Assembly: GCF_963506605.1 (NCBI RefSeq)
Contig: NC_083279.1
Span: forward strand, 33,046,001 to 33,110,000
Direction of reading: 5' to 3'
DNA: 64,000 nucleotides
Source of the DNA: Zootoca vivipara
Lineage: Eukaryota
Made by a program: the position numbers and the translations under genes
Part shown: positions 62,001 to 64,000 of the stretch, one piece after another
Position numbering within the stretch: the stretch's first letter is position 1
Layout of the letters: each line of letters begins with the position of its first letter
Notes under the pieces: generated by a model
Seen by the model: the letters and a program-made list of their open reading frames with translations, nothing else
Told to the model about the DNA's origin: nothing
Databases searched by the model: none

Positions 62001-63547
62001 TCTTCTTCTTTTTCCCCTTTGTTATGATATAAATTTGCATAAAATTTTTCAAATATTCCTCTAATTTCTTTAGGTTTTTCAATCAATTTTCCTTCTACTT
62101 TTAATCTATTTATCCACCTCTCATTTTTCCTTTTTTTTAATTGCCAGGCTAACATCTTTCCCGGCTTATTCGCCCACTCGAAATTCTTATATTTCCAGAA
62201 TCGGGTCTCCCTTTCCATTTCTTCTTCCACCATTCTCTCATACTCGCCCCTTAAAATTTTAATCTCTTTATTGAATTCCTCTTTCTTGGTTTTATATAAT
62301 AGCTTCTCCTTCCTCTTAATTTCGTCTTCCAACTGTTTTTTCTTTTTCTCTTTAGCCATTTTATCGATCTTATTTTGTTGTAAGAAATATCCTCTTGTCA
62401 CAGCCTTCCCCGCATCCCACACTGTTTTTTGGTCTACCTCCCCATTATCATTTTGTTCAAAATATTCTTGTACCATTTTGCGAGCCCCCTGTAGAATTTT
62501 TTTATTTTTCAATAGAAATATATTCATTCTCCATCTTCTCTTTATATCCTGTTCTTTTTTTTCTATGTTTAACATTACGGGATTATGATCAGTCATTGTT
62601 CTGGGTAATATTTCCGTTTTCCCTATTCTTATTATCAAATTTTTTGAGATCCAGATTCCATCTATTCTAGTGGCCGATTTATGTATGGAAGAATAAAATG
62701 TGTATTCTTTTTGTATCGGATGTTTATATCTCCAAACGTCAATCAATTCTAAATTTCCCACCATCTCTTCAAAACTTTTTGGTAATTTGCGACCCTTTTC
62801 ATTCTTCCTAATTACTGATTTGTCTAATTCTGGGTTTAAGACTCCATTTAAATCTCCCATTACTAAAATTTGCTTATCTATATGTTCTAATAATTTCCCT
62901 TCTAATTCCTTAAAAAATTCCATTTTACTCCCATTAGGCGCATATATCCCCACAAGTAACCACGACTCTCCTTCCACCTTTATTTCAACCATCATTATCC
63001 TTCCCTCTGTATCTTTCCAGATTAGCTTTGGTTCCCATTTCCCTTTGACATATACCACCACTCCTCTCTTCTTCTTTTTGCCTGCAGATATAAACTCTTT
63101 CCCCAATCTATCATTTTTTAAGACTCTTTCATGTTTATTATTTATATGGGTTTCCTGAAGGCAAATTATATCCCAATTTGATTTTTTCAAAATGTGTCCT
63201 AATTTATTTCTTTTTTTCTTATTGTTTAATCCATTCACATTCCATGATATAATCTTTAATTTCATTTTGATTTATTTGTAATTTATTAGGAATTTTGTTT
63301 TTTTTAAAAAGGAATTTTTAATCATACACAACTGCAAAAAACAACAACAACAAAAAAAAAACAAAATAAAAAAAACAATCTAAATCTGGTGTGTCTGAAC
63401 ATCGGAAGCCTGTTTCAGGAGAGAGTCCTTTTTCATTTAGTCTAATCATATTGAAGCGTTTAGATCCTATAACCCCATTCCTATCACAATCACTGTCTAT
63501 CCCTTATAACCTTATTTACACCTTGTTTGACTTAAAGTTCTTAAAGT
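59012..63547 (-). mobile_element. L1-clade LINE, 5'-truncated upstream of ORF2 (no ORF1)
   Basis: Poly(A) tail (T-run 59008-59023), AATAAA at 59040-59045, 13-bp TSD tcaataggatttt (58999-59011, 63548-63560) at a TTTT/AA site. Confidence 0.95.
59516..63265 (-). CDS. L1 ORF2p: APE endonuclease, reverse transcriptase and C-terminal Cys/His motif (1249 aa, uninterrupted)
   Basis: SWNVNG, LQETH, YAPN, GDLN, RID, TDH; KSPGPDG, NYRPISLLN, DAEKAFD, GTRQGCPLSP, FADD, KYLGI; CWRCKEEVGTFLHIWWCC. Confidence 0.97.
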   Translation of the reverse strand: MKLKIISWNVNGLNNKKKRNKLGHILKKSNWDIICLQETHINNKHERVLKNDRLGKEFISAGKKKKRGVVVYVKGKWEPKLIWKDTEGRIMMVEIKVEGESWLLVGIYAPNGSKMEFFKELEGKLLEHIDKQILVMGDLNGVLNPELDKSVIRKNEKGRKLPKSFEEMVGNLELIDVWRYKHPIQKEYTFYSSIHKSATRIDGIWISKNLIIRIGKTEILPRTMTDHNPVMLNIEKKEQDIKRRWRMNIFLLKNKKILQGARKMVQEYFEQNDNGEVDQKTVWDAGKAVTRGYFLQQNKIDKMAKEKKKKQLEDEIKRKEKLLYKTKKEEFNKEIKILRGEYERMVEEEMERETRFWKYKNFEWANKPGKMLAWQLKKRKNERWINRLKVEGKLIEKPKEIRGIFEKFYANLYHNKGEKEEEIENFLNKYKLPRISDDKITALNEMITDREIREVIQKMKIGKSPGPDGIPIEFYKSMEDLLLAPLKKVMNGILMGGMVPDSWREATITLLPKQDADPDQPTNYRPISLLNCDYKIFAGVLANRFNWFLKEIIHENQSGFVKGRQLKDNIRNIINIIECLENNRGKEAALLSIDAEKAFDNVSWAFLKKTLQHLEIGEKMNRAIESIYSKQKAKIIINGITTEEINIEKGTRQGCPLSPLLFIIVLEILLKNIREDKEIEGIKIGTTRYKVRAFADDVMITTENPLKSVPRALERINEFGKLAGFNLNYKKSSLLVRNLEERDKRELQEKTGIEIRKKIKYLGIQLTNKNIDLYQENYEKKWKEIKHKLEIWKKLKISFMGRISVIKMSVLPKMIFLFQSIPILGGSNCFDLWRKDIMKFIWDDKKPRIKHKLLIEKKERGGFSLPDLELYHDAAALLWLKDWIELKNTEILDLEGFGIGFGWHHYLMKEKPGKHSTFWNSIVRKSLIKTWKKHQGVLEPKVPWWLSPKEAIAVKRVNMDKDWPTYKDLLKEENGNLKLKEYNEVKKYCNVWLQYFQINQKFSEDKKIGFEREISKFGKILLEGENKFVRNLYELLLDWATKDELTKAVMIKWAQDLGKTITVENWESLWIRDSNYISNYDLKENVLKMQFRWHLTPSKLAKMYGGVSNTCWRCKEEVGTFLHIWWCCKEIKKFWDEIYKELKKIVRYSFKKEPEIFLLSMLKEDIKPRDRCVLMHATTAGRLLIAKNWKSKKVPNKEEWLTKLINYQNLAIRVGISKGLSEEKAGEEWKPLKIYLQKQVEKAQLIADP

Positions 63548-63744
63548 TCAATAGGATTTTAAGGGTCTCTAAAAAGAACTATAATCCACATGCTGTAAGT
63601 ACAATAATGTAAAACCCTAATGCTAAAACAGTTATGGCTCGCACACTCTGTTGTAGGCAATTTAGAAAAAAAGAGATCTGTTTAGTATTTTGTTTATTAT
63701 TCACAAAGTGTGTTTCCTACTGAATACTTTTATCTCCTTTAAGT

Positions 63745-64000
63745 CAGTGGCATATTAAGATGGGGGCGGTGGGGGGGGTGCCGCCCTGGGCAGCAGGCTG
63801 GGCGGGGGGGGGGGGCAGCAGGCTGGATGGGGCTGGACGGGGCTGACCACCTCCGACGGCCACCGCTACTGCCGCCATTGAGGACTTAAGCCCTGATGCG
63901 AGCGAGACTGCCTCACTCCGTGGCTTGCTCGCGGGGTTTGCCGCGTCGCCGGCCTCCTGCGCGTGCGTGTGTGAAGCTTTGCGATGCGCGCGACTGATGC
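63745..64000. mobile_element. GC/CpG-rich hAT-type MITE running off the window
   Basis: Abrupt switch to GC-rich sequence starting cagtggc, like 49524; the other end is not visible. Confidence 0.55.

Noticed and set aside
59516-63265. L1 ORF2 as a domesticated host gene
   Set aside because: Perfect TSD and pure poly(A) indicate that youth, not long-term selection, explains the open frame.

Overview
Eukaryotic, repeat-rich vertebrate DNA, almost certainly from a squamate reptile and probably a lacertid lizard (inferred from Bov-B LINEs, Sauria SINEs, tRNA-derived SINEs and a Penelope-like pLTR). One host gene is supported, PRKX (PKA-related kinase), on the minus strand. Coding exon 1 (37738-37924) lies in a CpG island, intron 1 is about 35 kb, and exon 2 (2293-2461) is 169 bp; the remaining exons lie beyond the left edge. 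The rest is intron or intergenic DNA packed with transposable elements, many with readable target-site duplications (TSDs): four very similar Bov-B copies, a 5'-truncated L1 with an intact 1249-aa ORF2, Rex1/CR1/L2/RTE relics, a solo LTR, and many hAT and Tc/mariner MITEs. The most notable observations are: (1) a fold-back Penelope-like insertion built from a hammerhead-ribozyme core with a triplicated stem II; (2) a three-layer nest (old MITE < Bov-B with a 12-nt 5' inversion < young MITE); (3) a MITE internal fragment without terminal repeats, inserted with a 12-bp TSD; (4) MITEs with unrelated ends that share palindromic NRF1/ETS/YY1-like cargo; (5) a candidate uORF in the PRKX leader. I found no evidence for a prokaryotic-type system or a new protein-coding gene. 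All family assignments come from motif recognition by eye, not database searches.
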